A DNA stretch of 50,287 nt from Fibrobacterota bacterium (GTDB lineage Bacteria; Fibrobacterota; Fibrobacteria; UBA11236): positions 1 through 50,287 of the forward strand of contig JAYUVP010000183.1 of the NCBI GenBank assembly GCA_043753995.1. Direction: 5' to 3'. Positions 1-9,825 of this stretch are shown here, one piece after another. Made by a program: the position numbers and the translations under genes. The notes beneath the pieces were generated by a model. It saw nothing but the letters and a program-made list of their open reading frames with translations. It was not told the origin of the DNA and did no database searches. Each line of letters begins with the position of its first letter. Within the stretch, counting starts at the first letter, position 1.

Positions 1-884
1 TTCTCTTCGATATTTATCCCGAAATTATGGGGGTGCCACCATAAGTGGTAATTGAAATCTTGTTTGGCTGCGGCATTCATTTCCTTTCGTATACGCTGGA
101 GCCGCAAATTCTCCAATCGCCGAAAGCGGTATGAATACGGACGAAGAAAGCGGCTAGCACAAATATCGACAGGTAAATTGGCCTTAGATTGATCCCTAAC
201 ATTCGCGCCCACTGACTTTATCGGCAGATAGGCATCCAAAAATCGCGCACCCCTCTTAAGCCAATGATTTCCTGCTTTTTCTGAAGGATATTCCATCCAA
301 GAATGACCGTTTCCACGAAAGGCCGTAATTCCATGCTTGGTTAAAATGGGAAGATAATTAAGATTAATTTGATTCCGAGGAAAGATAAGGCTCGTGGGCT
401 TTACGCAAAGTTGTCGGTGCATGATTTGAATTGCCGCTTTCAAGTCCTCTTCGAAGTCTTCCGCTGTCTGTCCTCTCTCTAGACAATAGAAATGTGAATA
501 AGTGTGGGATGCCAACTCTTGGTTCGGGCAGTTCACAATGGCCTGAGCCAATTCTGGCGCGAAGTGAAATGATCTTTCCAGGGTCCTTGATTCATTCAAA
601 TAATAAAAAGGGGAAAGGGAGCGCTCTTGGTATGCTGGCTGCCGCAATGGTAGGGCAGCTAAAGCATCCTCAAGATCCGAATGCAGCAATAGACCGACAA
701 TAGCCCACGTCGCATGAATGCCACGCTTAGCGAATAAATCTAATAGCCTGGGCACCGCTATCCAAACCCCCTCAAGATTTCGCCTATACTGCTCAAGCCC
801 GCGGTGGTCGCGCACCCCCCAAAAAAGTTCGAAGTCGAGCGAAATGGTAAAAGACCCTTTTTCATCGTGCTCTTGGGCTCTCAT
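1..884 (-). CDS. Polysaccharide deacetylase (CE4/NodB-like), 3' end runs off the window
   Basis: Not in the ORF track because it has no stop in the window. ATG at 884 overlaps the TGA of the upstream GT (ATGA). Translation MRAQEHDEKGSFTISLDFELFWGVRD...ATWAIVG...QELASHTYSH...SLIFPRNQ carries CE4 motifs (DxE, HTxSH, FPRN). Confidence 0.85.
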   Translation of the reverse strand, partial: MRAQEHDEKGSFTISLDFELFWGVRDHRGLEQYRRNLEGVWIAVPRLLDLFAKRGIHATWAIVGLLLHSDLEDALAALPLRQPAYQERSLSPFYYLNESRTLERSFHFAPELAQAIVNCPNQELASHTYSHFYCLERGQTAEDFEEDLKAAIQIMHRQLCVKPTSLIFPRNQINLNYLPILTKHGITAFRGNGHSWMEYPSEKAGNHWLKRGARFLDAYLPIKSVGANVRDQSKANLPVDICASRFLRPYSYRFRRLENLRLQRIRKEMNAAAKQDFNYHLWWHPHNFGINIEE

Positions 885-2032
885 CGGTGCTCCGTCATCA
901 GCTCTCGATAAATCTCTAAATGTTTTTCCACTACCTTGGCAATATCAAATTCTTTTTCTGCCAACAACCTCCCTTTTCGCCCCATGTCAGCTCTCAAGTC
1001 ACTTTGCATTGCTAGACGTTCAATCGAGTCAGCTAGCGAGGCCGAATCTTTGACAGCTACTAATACTCCAGTCTCATCTAGGGCGATGGCATCCCGACAA
1101 CCGGGAACATCGGTTGTGATTACCGCCCTTCCGCAGGCAGCTGCCTCTAACAACACTTTTGGCAACCCTTCACGGTATGAAGGCAAACACACAATATTCG
1201 CGGAGGCCATTAGTCTTGCTATATCATCTCGGGGTCCTAGCCAATCGACCCAACCCTTTTTGACCCACGACAGGATTTGCTCATGACTCAGGCTGGCTGG
1301 GTTACCTGTATCTATATCCCCAACCAGTATCATTTGCACCGGCACCCCTTTAGCTTTCAATATTGCCGAAGCTTCCGTAAATTCTTGAACTCCCTTATCA
1401 CGAAGCATACGTGATACAAGTAATACTTTTGGTATTCCATCTGGCTCAGGAACATATACAAATTTCGAAAGATCGACACCTGACCCCCTAATTAGTGTCA
1501 CTTTAGCTCTATTTGCAATTCCATGACTCTGAAAAGTTCGCTGATCATCAGGATTTTGAAAAATGATTCGCTGGTTGGGGTGGCGAAGTAAAAAACGGAA
1601 TCCCAATACCATCATGGCTCTCAGGATTCTCTTTGTCAACCCATCACCAATGAAGACGTATCCTAGCCCGGCAACGGCATTAACAAGGCAAGGGACGCCG
1701 GCAAATGTGGCCGCCAACGAACCAAACAACATCGGCTTCATGGCAACATTGTGCACTACGTTTGGTTTTAGAGCTCGAAATAGCGAAAACAAGTGAATCA
1801 TAGAGAGGGAGTCGCGGAACGGATGAAAACCCGAACGCTCCATTGCAATTGGATGGAAAGTCAAGCCATGGTTTACAATTTCCTTATACCGCCCTTGCTT
1901 AGGTGCGGCAATATGGACGGAATACCCCGCATTTTTTGCTTGCAAGGCGATGGGGAGTCGGTGCGATAAGAAAAAATCTGGGTTATTGTATACCATCAAA
2001 AGCACTCTCGCCGAGGACGGAGGTACCGCCAA
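881..2032 (-). CDS. Glycosyltransferase family 4 (CapM/PglA-like)
   Basis: FFLSHRLPIA N-terminus, SRMLRDKG, and CLPSYREGLPKVLLEAAACG (EX7E) motifs; TTG start. Confidence 0.92.
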   Translation of the reverse strand: MAVPPSSARVLLMVYNNPDFFLSHRLPIALQAKNAGYSVHIAAPKQGRYKEIVNHGLTFHPIAMERSGFHPFRDSLSMIHLFSLFRALKPNVVHNVAMKPMLFGSLAATFAGVPCLVNAVAGLGYVFIGDGLTKRILRAMMVLGFRFLLRHPNQRIIFQNPDDQRTFQSHGIANRAKVTLIRGSGVDLSKFVYVPEPDGIPKVLLVSRMLRDKGVQEFTEASAILKAKGVPVQMILVGDIDTGNPASLSHEQILSWVKKGWVDWLGPRDDIARLMASANIVCLPSYREGLPKVLLEAAACGRAVITTDVPGCRDAIALDETGVLVAVKDSASLADSIERLAMQSDLRADMGRKGRLLAEKEFDIAKVVEKHLEIYRELMTEHR

Positions 2033-2090
2033 TGCTCTCGATTTCTTGCCCTTTCGAGCAGCAAAAGGTGTAAAATTGGAGATACTAGGT

Positions 2091-2861
2091 ATGATTGTCT
2101 CCCATCCTCAAGACCGATCCGCTATGATTCTATTTCGCCCGATTTTCGGTCGATGCAAACCATGGCAGATGGGCCTCATTTCAGTAGCCATACTATTCTT
2201 TGCGGGGTGGCATTGGCAAGTGCCAACCGAAATTTCAATCGAAGATAGCAATGCGATCGATTCCTTACTTTCAATAAATCATATCCCTCTCGTATCGAAA
2301 CTTAGTGCCGCGGAAGATGAGTTTCGATTCATATCCAAAGTTCAACATGCCGTCTTGAAAAGGGTGTCTAATGGGCCTGGGATTCTCAAAGGACAAGGTC
2401 GCGAGCCAGCAACCCTTTGGAAGATCCAGGAAGGACTTTGCTATGATCGCTCAAGATTTATTGAAAAAACCCTTGAGCATTCAGGCTTCAAAGTCAGACA
2501 TGTTTTTCTAATTAAAAATAGGAACCTCGGACAACTTTGGCCCTTCACCTTATTTCGGAGTCAGGGCACGCATGCTGTAACTGAAGTTCAAACTAAGGCA
2601 GGGTGGCTGGTGGTCGGCTCGAACACCCCCTGGCTTTCACTTGATGCCAACGGCAAGGTTTGGTCGGGAAAGGAAATTGAAGGGTTGGAAAGCATGGACA
2701 AGGTTAAATGGCATCCTGAATTGAGCACGCATCCTGATGTTTTCTTCCAATCCAGATTCAAAGTCATCTATGGTCTATATTCCCGTCACGGCGAATTTTA
2801 TCCGCCTTATGATCGGATTCCGGACGTCTATTGGCCGGACTTCATTAAAAATTTCTATTGA
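2091..2861 (+). CDS. Membrane-anchored transglutaminase-like (papain-fold) protein
   Basis: GLCYDRS (Cys) and THAVTEV (His) motifs, WLVVGSN at the third-triad position, and an N-terminal hydrophobic helix. GGAGA lies 8 nt before ATG 2091 (alternative start 2124); the track start at 1950 overlaps the divergent GT. Confidence 0.7.
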   Translation: MIVSHPQDRSAMILFRPIFGRCKPWQMGLISVAILFFAGWHWQVPTEISIEDSNAIDSLLSINHIPLVSKLSAAEDEFRFISKVQHAVLKRVSNGPGILKGQGREPATLWKIQEGLCYDRSRFIEKTLEHSGFKVRHVFLIKNRNLGQLWPFTLFRSQGTHAVTEVQTKAGWLVVGSNTPWLSLDANGKVWSGKEIEGLESMDKVKWHPELSTHPDVFFQSRFKVIYGLYSRHGEFYPPYDRIPDVYWPDFIKNFY

Positions 2862-4795
2862 TACTTGGCATACCAGGCCTGAAACATCAAAACAGGCCAA
2901 AGAATGGAATGCCGATCAGCCTTTCCTGAGAGATGTAATTTCCATTCTTGGGAAACTCTGGTTTTATTCAATAGACCGTGCCTATTCAAAGCAGACTCTG
3001 ATAGCAAGTCTGAAGCCCACGTTTTCAGGGGACCTCGTAACCAATCTCCTGCAGGAATTGCGAATCCCATCTTGGGACGATCAAAAAGGCCTTTAGGCAA
3101 TCTTGTACGAAGAACTTGTTTAAGGATCCATTTTCCACCATTCGATCGGATTTTTTTGCTCTCCGGTATCCGCATTGAAAATTCCACCAAACGGTGATCT
3201 AAGAATGGCGCGCGAGATTCCAGGCTTACGCCCATAGTAGCTCTATCGACCTTGGTGAGAATATCCGCTGGTAAGTAATGAATCATGTCCGCCAACATGA
3301 CACGCTGTGCCAGGTTTTCTGATTTTCCTGACAAAAAGGATTCGAACGCTAAGGAGGGAAGCGGAGCCGGGTGGTCCAGGATACCTGTTCCAGGACCAAG
3401 CATTTCTTGATACCAAGCAGAAACGCTTGGTGCCTGCAAAGCAGCGCCAAGTTTTCGAATTTTTTGCAGCGGCAATCTCACCTTTCCAAAAGGAGATCCA
3501 ATAAGATTCATCGAAGCAACAATGGACTTCAATACGTCCTCGTCGAGCCGAGCCAATGAGGCGCCAATCGTCGATCGAGACCATTTAGGCAATCTGGAAA
3601 TTTTAGGCCAAACTCCCGCAGCAAAAATATGGCGATTATATCCGCCGAACAATTCGTCTCCTCCATCGCCCGACAGTGCAACTGTCACCTGGCTGCGAGC
3701 CATTTTGGCGACCAGAAATGTGGGAATCTGAGAAGAGTCAGCAAATGGCTCATCGAATAATTCTGGTAGATTCGGAATCACTCCGTAGGCGTCTTCGGGA
3801 CTCAACTCAAATTGCGTATGATGGGTTCCCAAATAGGCTGCCACTTGGGCTGCATACTTGGATTCGTCAAATCCGCTTTGATTGAAACCAATGGTAAAGG
3901 TGCGTACCGGAATGGATGAGTGAGCTTGCATCATCGCCACTATCAGGGACGAATCGATACCTCCGGAAAGGAACGCGCCCAAGGGAACATCTGCAATGGT
4001 TTGCCGCTTTACGACCGATGTCAATAACGAAGTCAGCGCTTCAAGCGCATCCTCATCGGATCCACGAAATGGATCTTTCTGTGCCTTTTCAAATGCTTGG
4101 GCGATAGACCAATAGGGAGAAGGACATGCTGATTCTGCATTCTTTGGTGATATACGCAAGCAATGCCCCGGTAAAAGCTTTTGCACACCTTGATATATTG
4201 AATAGGGGGCCGGAATACAGCTATGCCGAAAGAATAAAGAAAGGGCGATCGGATCAATTTCTGCCGAAAACCGGGGAAATTTACGAAATGCCTTTAGTTC
4301 AGAAGCGAAAATGAAATGCCCCGCAAAACACCCGAAGTACAAGGGTTTTTCACCCAAACGATCGATCGCCAAGTCTAAAACCTGTTCTTTCCGATCCCAA
4401 ACTGCCAAAGCAAACATGCCTTGCACCTTTTCCAACGTGCGCTCCAAACCTATCTCATCAATTAATTCGATCAAGGTTTCCGTATCGGATAAGCCTCTCC
4501 AAGGCTTAGGATTTCCTGCCTCCAACTCTTTTCGCAGCTCTAAGTGATTATAGATTTCTCCGTTGAAAACTATTGAAAATCGTCCCGAATTAGAAAGCAT
4601 GGGTTGTTGCCCCGATTCGGAAAGCTCTACAATGGCAAGGCGCCGATGACCCAATGCAATGGGGTCGTCAAACCAATGCCCATCACTATCTGGCCCGCGA
4701 TGGCGAATCGCTGATGTCATTTCCCGAAGGGTTTCCTGTACCTGGGAAATGGGGTGGCCCGTCCGCAAGCGAAGCATTCCGGCAATACCACACAT
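2855..4795 (-). CDS. asnB: Asparagine synthase-type glutamine-hydrolysing amidotransferase (polysaccharide-associated)
   Basis: MCGIAG N-terminal nucleophile; HRGPD, FNGEIYNH, FLSGGIDSS, SGDGGDELFGGY and SLESRAPFLD motifs. Confidence 0.95.
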   Translation of the reverse strand: MCGIAGMLRLRTGHPISQVQETLREMTSAIRHRGPDSDGHWFDDPIALGHRRLAIVELSESGQQPMLSNSGRFSIVFNGEIYNHLELRKELEAGNPKPWRGLSDTETLIELIDEIGLERTLEKVQGMFALAVWDRKEQVLDLAIDRLGEKPLYFGCFAGHFIFASELKAFRKFPRFSAEIDPIALSLFFRHSCIPAPYSIYQGVQKLLPGHCLRISPKNAESACPSPYWSIAQAFEKAQKDPFRGSDEDALEALTSLLTSVVKRQTIADVPLGAFLSGGIDSSLIVAMMQAHSSIPVRTFTIGFNQSGFDESKYAAQVAAYLGTHHTQFELSPEDAYGVIPNLPELFDEPFADSSQIPTFLVAKMARSQVTVALSGDGGDELFGGYNRHIFAAGVWPKISRLPKWSRSTIGASLARLDEDVLKSIVASMNLIGSPFGKVRLPLQKIRKLGAALQAPSVSAWYQEMLGPGTGILDHPAPLPSLAFESFLSGKSENLAQRVMLADMIHYLPADILTKVDRATMGVSLESRAPFLDHRLVEFSMRIPESKKIRSNGGKWILKQVLRTRLPKGLFDRPKMGFAIPAGDWLRGPLKTWASDLLSESALNRHGLLNKTRVSQEWKLHLSGKADRHSILWPVLMFQAWYAKYQ

Positions 4796-4796
4796 T

Positions 4797-5954
4797 TTAT
4801 TTCCCCAAGTCCGAATTCGACTTTAATGGTTTTTGTTGGTAAGCAAGTGCTTCGCGGTATAATTGGAGGGTGGCTAGATGCATTTTTTCGAGCGAAAACA
4901 CCTCTTGGCAACGGTGATGACCACTATTTCCGAGACGCCTACGAAATTCAGCATCCTCCATTGTCTCAATGGCGACAGCAACACCTTCCGAATCACCTTT
5001 TTCAACAAGAAGCCCGGTCTCACCGTGAATCACAATTTCAGGAATCGCACTCACTTTAGTGGCAATGATTGGCAGTTTCGCAGCCATGGCCTCAAGGAGG
5101 ACAAGCCCGAACCCTTCATATTCCGAGGTCATTGCGAAAATGTCAATTGAATTCATGACTAGAGGCATATCCTCCCTGAATCCCGCGAATAGAACGGACT
5201 TACCAATTCCCAAGTCATTAACAAGTGCCTTGAGACTGTTTTCCAAGGGACCACGACCAACAAGCACCAAACGCGCCTGCGTTTTCGATTCTCTTTTGAG
5301 ATATTTTCCAAATCCGTGAATCAAAGTGGGCAGTGCCTTTTGCGGCACCCACCTGCATACCGCTCCGATGACAAGGCATTCAGGGGAGATTTGCCACTCG
5401 CTTCTAAGATTATCTGTCTCTTTTCTACTTCTTTGAATAAACGGCGCACTATCAATTCCATATGGAATCACGTCTAGTTTTCCCGAGAAGGGTTCTCCTC
5501 GCTTATCAAAGAATTTTTTAACCGCTGAAGAGATTGCAATAATACGAGGAGCCTTAGTCGCTGAATATGCAGCGATTTTTTCAGCACAAGGAAACGAAGC
5601 GAAACGCTCGTCATTATGTTTTGAAATGATATAAGTAGGTTTATAGCTGGTTATGGATCTTGCCAGGATTGAGTAAACCTCTGCAGGCGGCATATGTGCA
5701 TGCAAAATATCAGGTTTCCAGGTCCTTAGGTACGCAGCAAGTTTGAAGACCGGACCGAAGTCTCCATACCACCGTAAGCCCAGCGCAATGACTTCGACGC
5801 CCAATTTTTCAAGGGCAGGTTGCCAATAAGGGGCTTCTTTTAAATACGCAACTTTTACTTGAATTCCGCTATCCATCTGCTTATGCACCAATGAAATTAG
5901 ATGTGATTCTGCTCCACCCTTGGTCAAGGTGGTAATCACATGCAGCACCTTCAT
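4797..5954 (-). CDS. Glycosyltransferase family 4
   Basis: MKVLHVITTLTKGGAE start and SEYEGFGLVLLEAMA (EX7E). Confidence 0.93.
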   Translation of the reverse strand: MKVLHVITTLTKGGAESHLISLVHKQMDSGIQVKVAYLKEAPYWQPALEKLGVEVIALGLRWYGDFGPVFKLAAYLRTWKPDILHAHMPPAEVYSILARSITSYKPTYIISKHNDERFASFPCAEKIAAYSATKAPRIIAISSAVKKFFDKRGEPFSGKLDVIPYGIDSAPFIQRSRKETDNLRSEWQISPECLVIGAVCRWVPQKALPTLIHGFGKYLKRESKTQARLVLVGRGPLENSLKALVNDLGIGKSVLFAGFREDMPLVMNSIDIFAMTSEYEGFGLVLLEAMAAKLPIIATKVSAIPEIVIHGETGLLVEKGDSEGVAVAIETMEDAEFRRRLGNSGHHRCQEVFSLEKMHLATLQLYREALAYQQKPLKSNSDLGK

Positions 5955-7195
5955 GCAGCCTCAAGTTGGGTTCTGGAAAAAATCTTCATCACTAAGACTA
6001 TCAAAATCAAGGGTAAAATCACATTATAAAGCATTCCAAAAGTGACCATTTCCTGGCAAACTTGAAACCCAAAGGCACTGACATGAACATAGAGCAAACA
6101 TGCAAAAACACTTTTTGAATCTTGCATCCAACCATACGCTGCGCGCCATGCCACTCCGAGAAAGTAGGGGATCACAATAACTCCTGGTAGGCCGGCAACC
6201 ATCCAACAGTCCGCAATCCCAGATCCACCCATTCCTGCACGAAAAAACCTAGGATCAAACCCAAATATTTTTGCTGAAATAACGTTTCTATAATCGTTGT
6301 AATTCATGAACATTTTATCGAAGGGGCCAAAAATACTGACAAACCAATTTAGCCCGAGATCGAACTGTTGATTCGCCAGGGAATACCAAATGAAAACAGC
6401 CAGTTGCTCAAGCCTTCCTACTTCAGTCATGAAAAGGTAACGCCATTGGTAATTGAATGCCGATGTAAAATCCCATGCATCAGTCATATAGGGAGCCAAA
6501 ACCATTTGAACAGCGAGGACTAATATTATTGGCATACCTAATACGAGGTAGTTAATCCATTTCTTTCCATCTGCATAATAAATGTAAAGCAGGAACCAAA
6601 ATATTGCCATCACTGCTCCGGCCCTCCCTCCGGAAAGCATAAGGAATATCGCCGAAAAGAGCGAAGCAACCACTCCGATTATTCGCCACCCTCTAGCCCA
6701 AAAAATCATTGGGGCGGAAAATGATAAAAGTATAATGATTAAATTTACCCATCCGGACCCGGATTGAATTTTGAATTTTGAAAAGAGTTGGTATACCCCG
6801 TTCTGAAATAAAAAAAATGACCCTAATGTAAAGATATAGATCAATGCCGTGACCCATGAGGCCTTTTCCAAACTATCACGATCCAATCTAAGCTGCGTCA
6901 ACCACAGGGGCAAACGAATTTTAAAGGTAAAGCCAATGACAAAAAAGGAAAGGAATAAATTGGTCATCCATATCGCCCAAGGAGCGTACGCGATGATTTT
7001 CGTCTCGATCCCCCATCTTTTACCAAACGAGGAACTCGGTTCTATGGAAAGTAATGCCGCAGGCAGCAAATATTGAATAAAAAAAACATAAAAGACAAAA
7101 TTGATGGGATGCCAAAAATCACTACGCGATCGACTTATAATGAAAAGGCCAATCATATAACCAATTCCTAGCAATAGCCAATAGTTGCTATACAT
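5951..7195 (-). CDS. wzy: Probable Wzy polysaccharide polymerase
   Basis: 414-aa very hydrophobic multi-pass protein with an LSGGRAG motif and a larger periplasmic loop. It lies next to the flippase in an AT-rich stretch. Confidence 0.7.
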   Translation of the reverse strand: MYSNYWLLLGIGYMIGLFIISRSRSDFWHPINFVFYVFFIQYLLPAALLSIEPSSSFGKRWGIETKIIAYAPWAIWMTNLFLSFFVIGFTFKIRLPLWLTQLRLDRDSLEKASWVTALIYIFTLGSFFLFQNGVYQLFSKFKIQSGSGWVNLIIILLSFSAPMIFWARGWRIIGVVASLFSAIFLMLSGGRAGAVMAIFWFLLYIYYADGKKWINYLVLGMPIILVLAVQMVLAPYMTDAWDFTSAFNYQWRYLFMTEVGRLEQLAVFIWYSLANQQFDLGLNWFVSIFGPFDKMFMNYNDYRNVISAKIFGFDPRFFRAGMGGSGIADCWMVAGLPGVIVIPYFLGVAWRAAYGWMQDSKSVFACLLYVHVSAFGFQVCQEMVTFGMLYNVILPLILIVLVMKIFSRTQLEAA

Positions 7196-7196
7196 G

Positions 7197-8465
7197 CTAG
7201 GTATCCGCCATTCTCGTCACTTTATACTTGAAAACGCTACTTTCGAACATAAACCAGCAGGCGGCGCTTACAGCAAAAAAACTAGCGGTGACAACTACGG
7301 CCATGGCCAGCGAAGACTTCCCGAAAAAAAATCCGCCCGTCATCATCGCCGTAAATAAACCGCCATAAATGAACACGCCAAGACGAGGTGAATTTTGGAT
7401 AATAACCCAAAACGAAAACCATCCTGTACAGCAGCTCCAGATTCCAATTCCTAGTACCAAAACCAATAATGTCGACGCTCCTTCACTGTATGAGTCGCCA
7501 TAAAGTGAAAGCACCCAAGGAGCCACCAGGAGGGCTATTGGTAGGCAAAAAATTCCACCTATTAGGATCCAAAGAGCCACCTTTCGAATTTTTTGACGTA
7601 CGCATGTAACATTTCCTTGCTCAAAGTCAGCAAGAATTTCGGGTCGAAGACTCGACCAAATGGGGGTAGAAAGCCGGATAGGGAGGCTTGCTAGGCTTTT
7701 TGCGACTTTGAAAATTGCAGTACTTTGTGGCCCAAGATGATAGTTGATTAAAATCAGATCAATATTTGCTGATCCCGACAGAAACGCGTTTCGCACCAAA
7801 GACATCCACCCCCAATCGGCTTTTCTGTCGTCGATATCGCTTCCCTCCTCGATGGATGGTATCGATTTTGGCCAAAATCTTTCGGTTCTTCGCCATGCAA
7901 TCCAGTTCTTAAACCCACTCGAAAAGACGATTCCATATATTAATCCAAGAACACCAAAATATGCGCAAGCCACCATACACAATATGGATTGAGTGATTGC
8001 AAAGACTGCCTCAAAAAGTGCCTGCTCCTTCAATCTCGCACTTGCAATGAAAAGGCCTTTAAATGCGCCATATCCGCTTTGAAGTGGAATCGACAGGGCA
8101 AGAACTATGACATAGGCTGAAACCAAGCCGAACGAATTGGCGAAAAACACACCGAAAAGTGCTAGGGCACAAAATACTACCGTATTAATTTTAAGATCTG
8201 TTAATAAAATGTTCTTGGATTGCCGACGTGCCTTTGCGAACCGGCCGCCGACCCAACTTCGTCCCAAAGTTTGTAGGGCAATTTCTCCACCTCGGGATAC
8301 GAACATAGCCTCAAAGATCAGGACAAACGATTGAGCAGAAACAAAGTCTCCGTATTGCTTAAGCGAAGTCACCCGCGTTGCGACGATTTGTAGACCAATA
8401 GTGCCTATCGTTGCCAACGAACTAGCCGCGAATATTGCACTCGAATCCGAAAAGACCTTTTTCAT
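7197..8465 (-). CDS. wzx: Probable Wzx flippase (MOP/PST family)
   Basis: About 12 hydrophobic segments; ATRV..LKQYG at the N-terminus; NIDLILINYHLG...AIFKVA and LYGDSY motifs typical of Wzx. Confidence 0.8.
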   Translation of the reverse strand: MKKVFSDSSAIFAASSLATIGTIGLQIVATRVTSLKQYGDFVSAQSFVLIFEAMFVSRGGEIALQTLGRSWVGGRFAKARRQSKNILLTDLKINTVVFCALALFGVFFANSFGLVSAYVIVLALSIPLQSGYGAFKGLFIASARLKEQALFEAVFAITQSILCMVACAYFGVLGLIYGIVFSSGFKNWIAWRRTERFWPKSIPSIEEGSDIDDRKADWGWMSLVRNAFLSGSANIDLILINYHLGPQSTAIFKVAKSLASLPIRLSTPIWSSLRPEILADFEQGNVTCVRQKIRKVALWILIGGIFCLPIALLVAPWVLSLYGDSYSEGASTLLVLVLGIGIWSCCTGWFSFWVIIQNSPRLGVFIYGGLFTAMMTGGFFFGKSSLAMAVVVTASFFAVSAACWFMFESSVFKYKVTRMADT

Positions 8466-9205
8466 TTTGGTTTTAGAAATATTGCGAAATGCTCGAGTGC
8501 AAATCGTTGGGCGACCGATTTGCCGTCAACTTTCGGGCTGAGCGAAAGCACTAAATCAAATGGAAATCCCACCCAAAAAAATGCTGCAGTCAGAATATTT
8601 TTCCCGGGAAACGGCCAGCATAGACGAGGCAGCTTGGCCAAGCAGGCCGTAATCGGTCCGTAGCCAATCGCTTCCATATGCACACACCTGAAGCCAGCCT
8701 CTGACCAAATCTTATAGATTCCAGAATCGGTCCAACGGAAATAGTCATCAGCATCGGCATGATACTCATGCATAAAGGGGATAGAAAAGTAAAATCTTCC
8801 ACCCCCGCGCAGTATTCGATAGACTTCTGCAGGGGCGTTCTGAAAATGGAATACATGTTCGAAAAGGTGGAAGGACATTACTGTATCGAAAGTTTCGCTT
8901 TCAATATCGAATGGCTCTTCTACGTTCACTTGGACTATATTCTTGCCAGGTTCCAAATCAGTATAAACAGTTTCACTACCTGATGCAAACTTCAGGTGAC
9001 TATAATAGGAGCCCTTACCGTCCTTACTTCCTAGGTCCAAAATACGTCCACTAACTTCAAACTTAGAAACCGAAAGGTTGAACAAGGCTCGAATCAGAGT
9101 TTTTCCAACTAGCAATTGCCAAGTGACCTTGAAAGGATTGTGAAAATTATGTTTGAGCAAACCAGCAAAGGCCGTTTTTTTTTCAGTGGCATCTAAAGAT
9201 TTCAT
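8462..9205 (-). CDS. Class I SAM-dependent methyltransferase (type 11-like)
   Basis: ILDLGS motif I, FDTVMSFHLFEHV, RILRGGG, and PFMHEYHADADDYFRWT. Confidence 0.85.
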   Translation of the reverse strand: MKSLDATEKKTAFAGLLKHNFHNPFKVTWQLLVGKTLIRALFNLSVSKFEVSGRILDLGSKDGKGSYYSHLKFASGSETVYTDLEPGKNIVQVNVEEPFDIESETFDTVMSFHLFEHVFHFQNAPAEVYRILRGGGRFYFSIPFMHEYHADADDYFRWTDSGIYKIWSEAGFRCVHMEAIGYGPITACLAKLPRLCWPFPGKNILTAAFFWVGFPFDLVLSLSPKVDGKSVAQRFALEHFAIFLKPK

Positions 9206-9825
9206 GAGTTTGAATCCTTATGAATAACATAGAAGGATGCCCAGGCCCACCACTCTGGTCCGAGGCCAAACAGCCTAGCGGCACGAGCAAAAATTCTCTT
9301 TTTTTTAGTGTCAACGATTCGAATAACTTGATATCTGGCGCCATTAGCATTAGCAAAGGCGGAAACATAGTTGTCAATTTGAGGGATAGTTGTCAACCAC
9401 CGATGACGGTCCTGGCCCATTCCGTAAGACAAATCATACTTATCAGTCAACCTGCCTGATTTCAAGAATTCCCACCTGAAGAAAGCATGCGCCATATTTG
9501 GAAGCATCAAAATAAGTGTCTTATCTGCTAACCGAAATAATTCTTTCATGCCAGTATGAAAATCATCCAAGTGCTCCACTAAATCCAACGCCACAACCAC
9601 GCTAAAGCTACGATCCTCAAATTGAACACCATTTGAAAAATCTGCTACATGCTCAACGGAGTTGTCTGCATTCTGAAAGAGGTCCATTCCATGATAGTCT
9701 ATGTTTGGACTCAGATAGCGTTTTAGTACGCAATCCCGGCAACCCACATCCAACAAGCTTGTCCGATTTTTATTGTCGTTGCCTATTTTTACCAAGGCAT
9801 CCTTTACTAATTCAAACTTGTTCAT
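9202..9825 (-). CDS. Class I SAM-dependent methyltransferase
   Basis: LLDVGCRD motif I and FSVVVALDLVEHL. The likely start is MNKFEL at 9825, overlapping the upstream GT stop. Confidence 0.85.
   Translation of the reverse strand: MNKFELVKDALVKIGNDNKNRTSLLDVGCRDCVLKRYLSPNIDYHGMDLFQNADNSVEHVADFSNGVQFEDRSFSVVVALDLVEHLDDFHTGMKELFRLADKTLILMLPNMAHAFFRWEFLKSGRLTDKYDLSYGMGQDRHRWLTTIPQIDNYVSAFANANGARYQVIRIVDTKKKRIFARAARLFGLGPEWWAWASFYVIHKDSNS

Noticed and set aside
2091..4795. AsnB-like plus transglutaminase-like neighbours as a lasso-peptide cyclase/peptidase pair
   Set aside because: AsnB keeps the intact MCGI glutaminase domain typical of glycan amidotransferases. The partner is membrane-anchored and convergent, and no precursor peptide or RRE gene is visible.
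5951..7195. Possible exosortase for the PEP-CTERM protein
   Set aside because: No exosortase C-S-G / N..R / H motif pattern is evident; position and composition fit Wzy.
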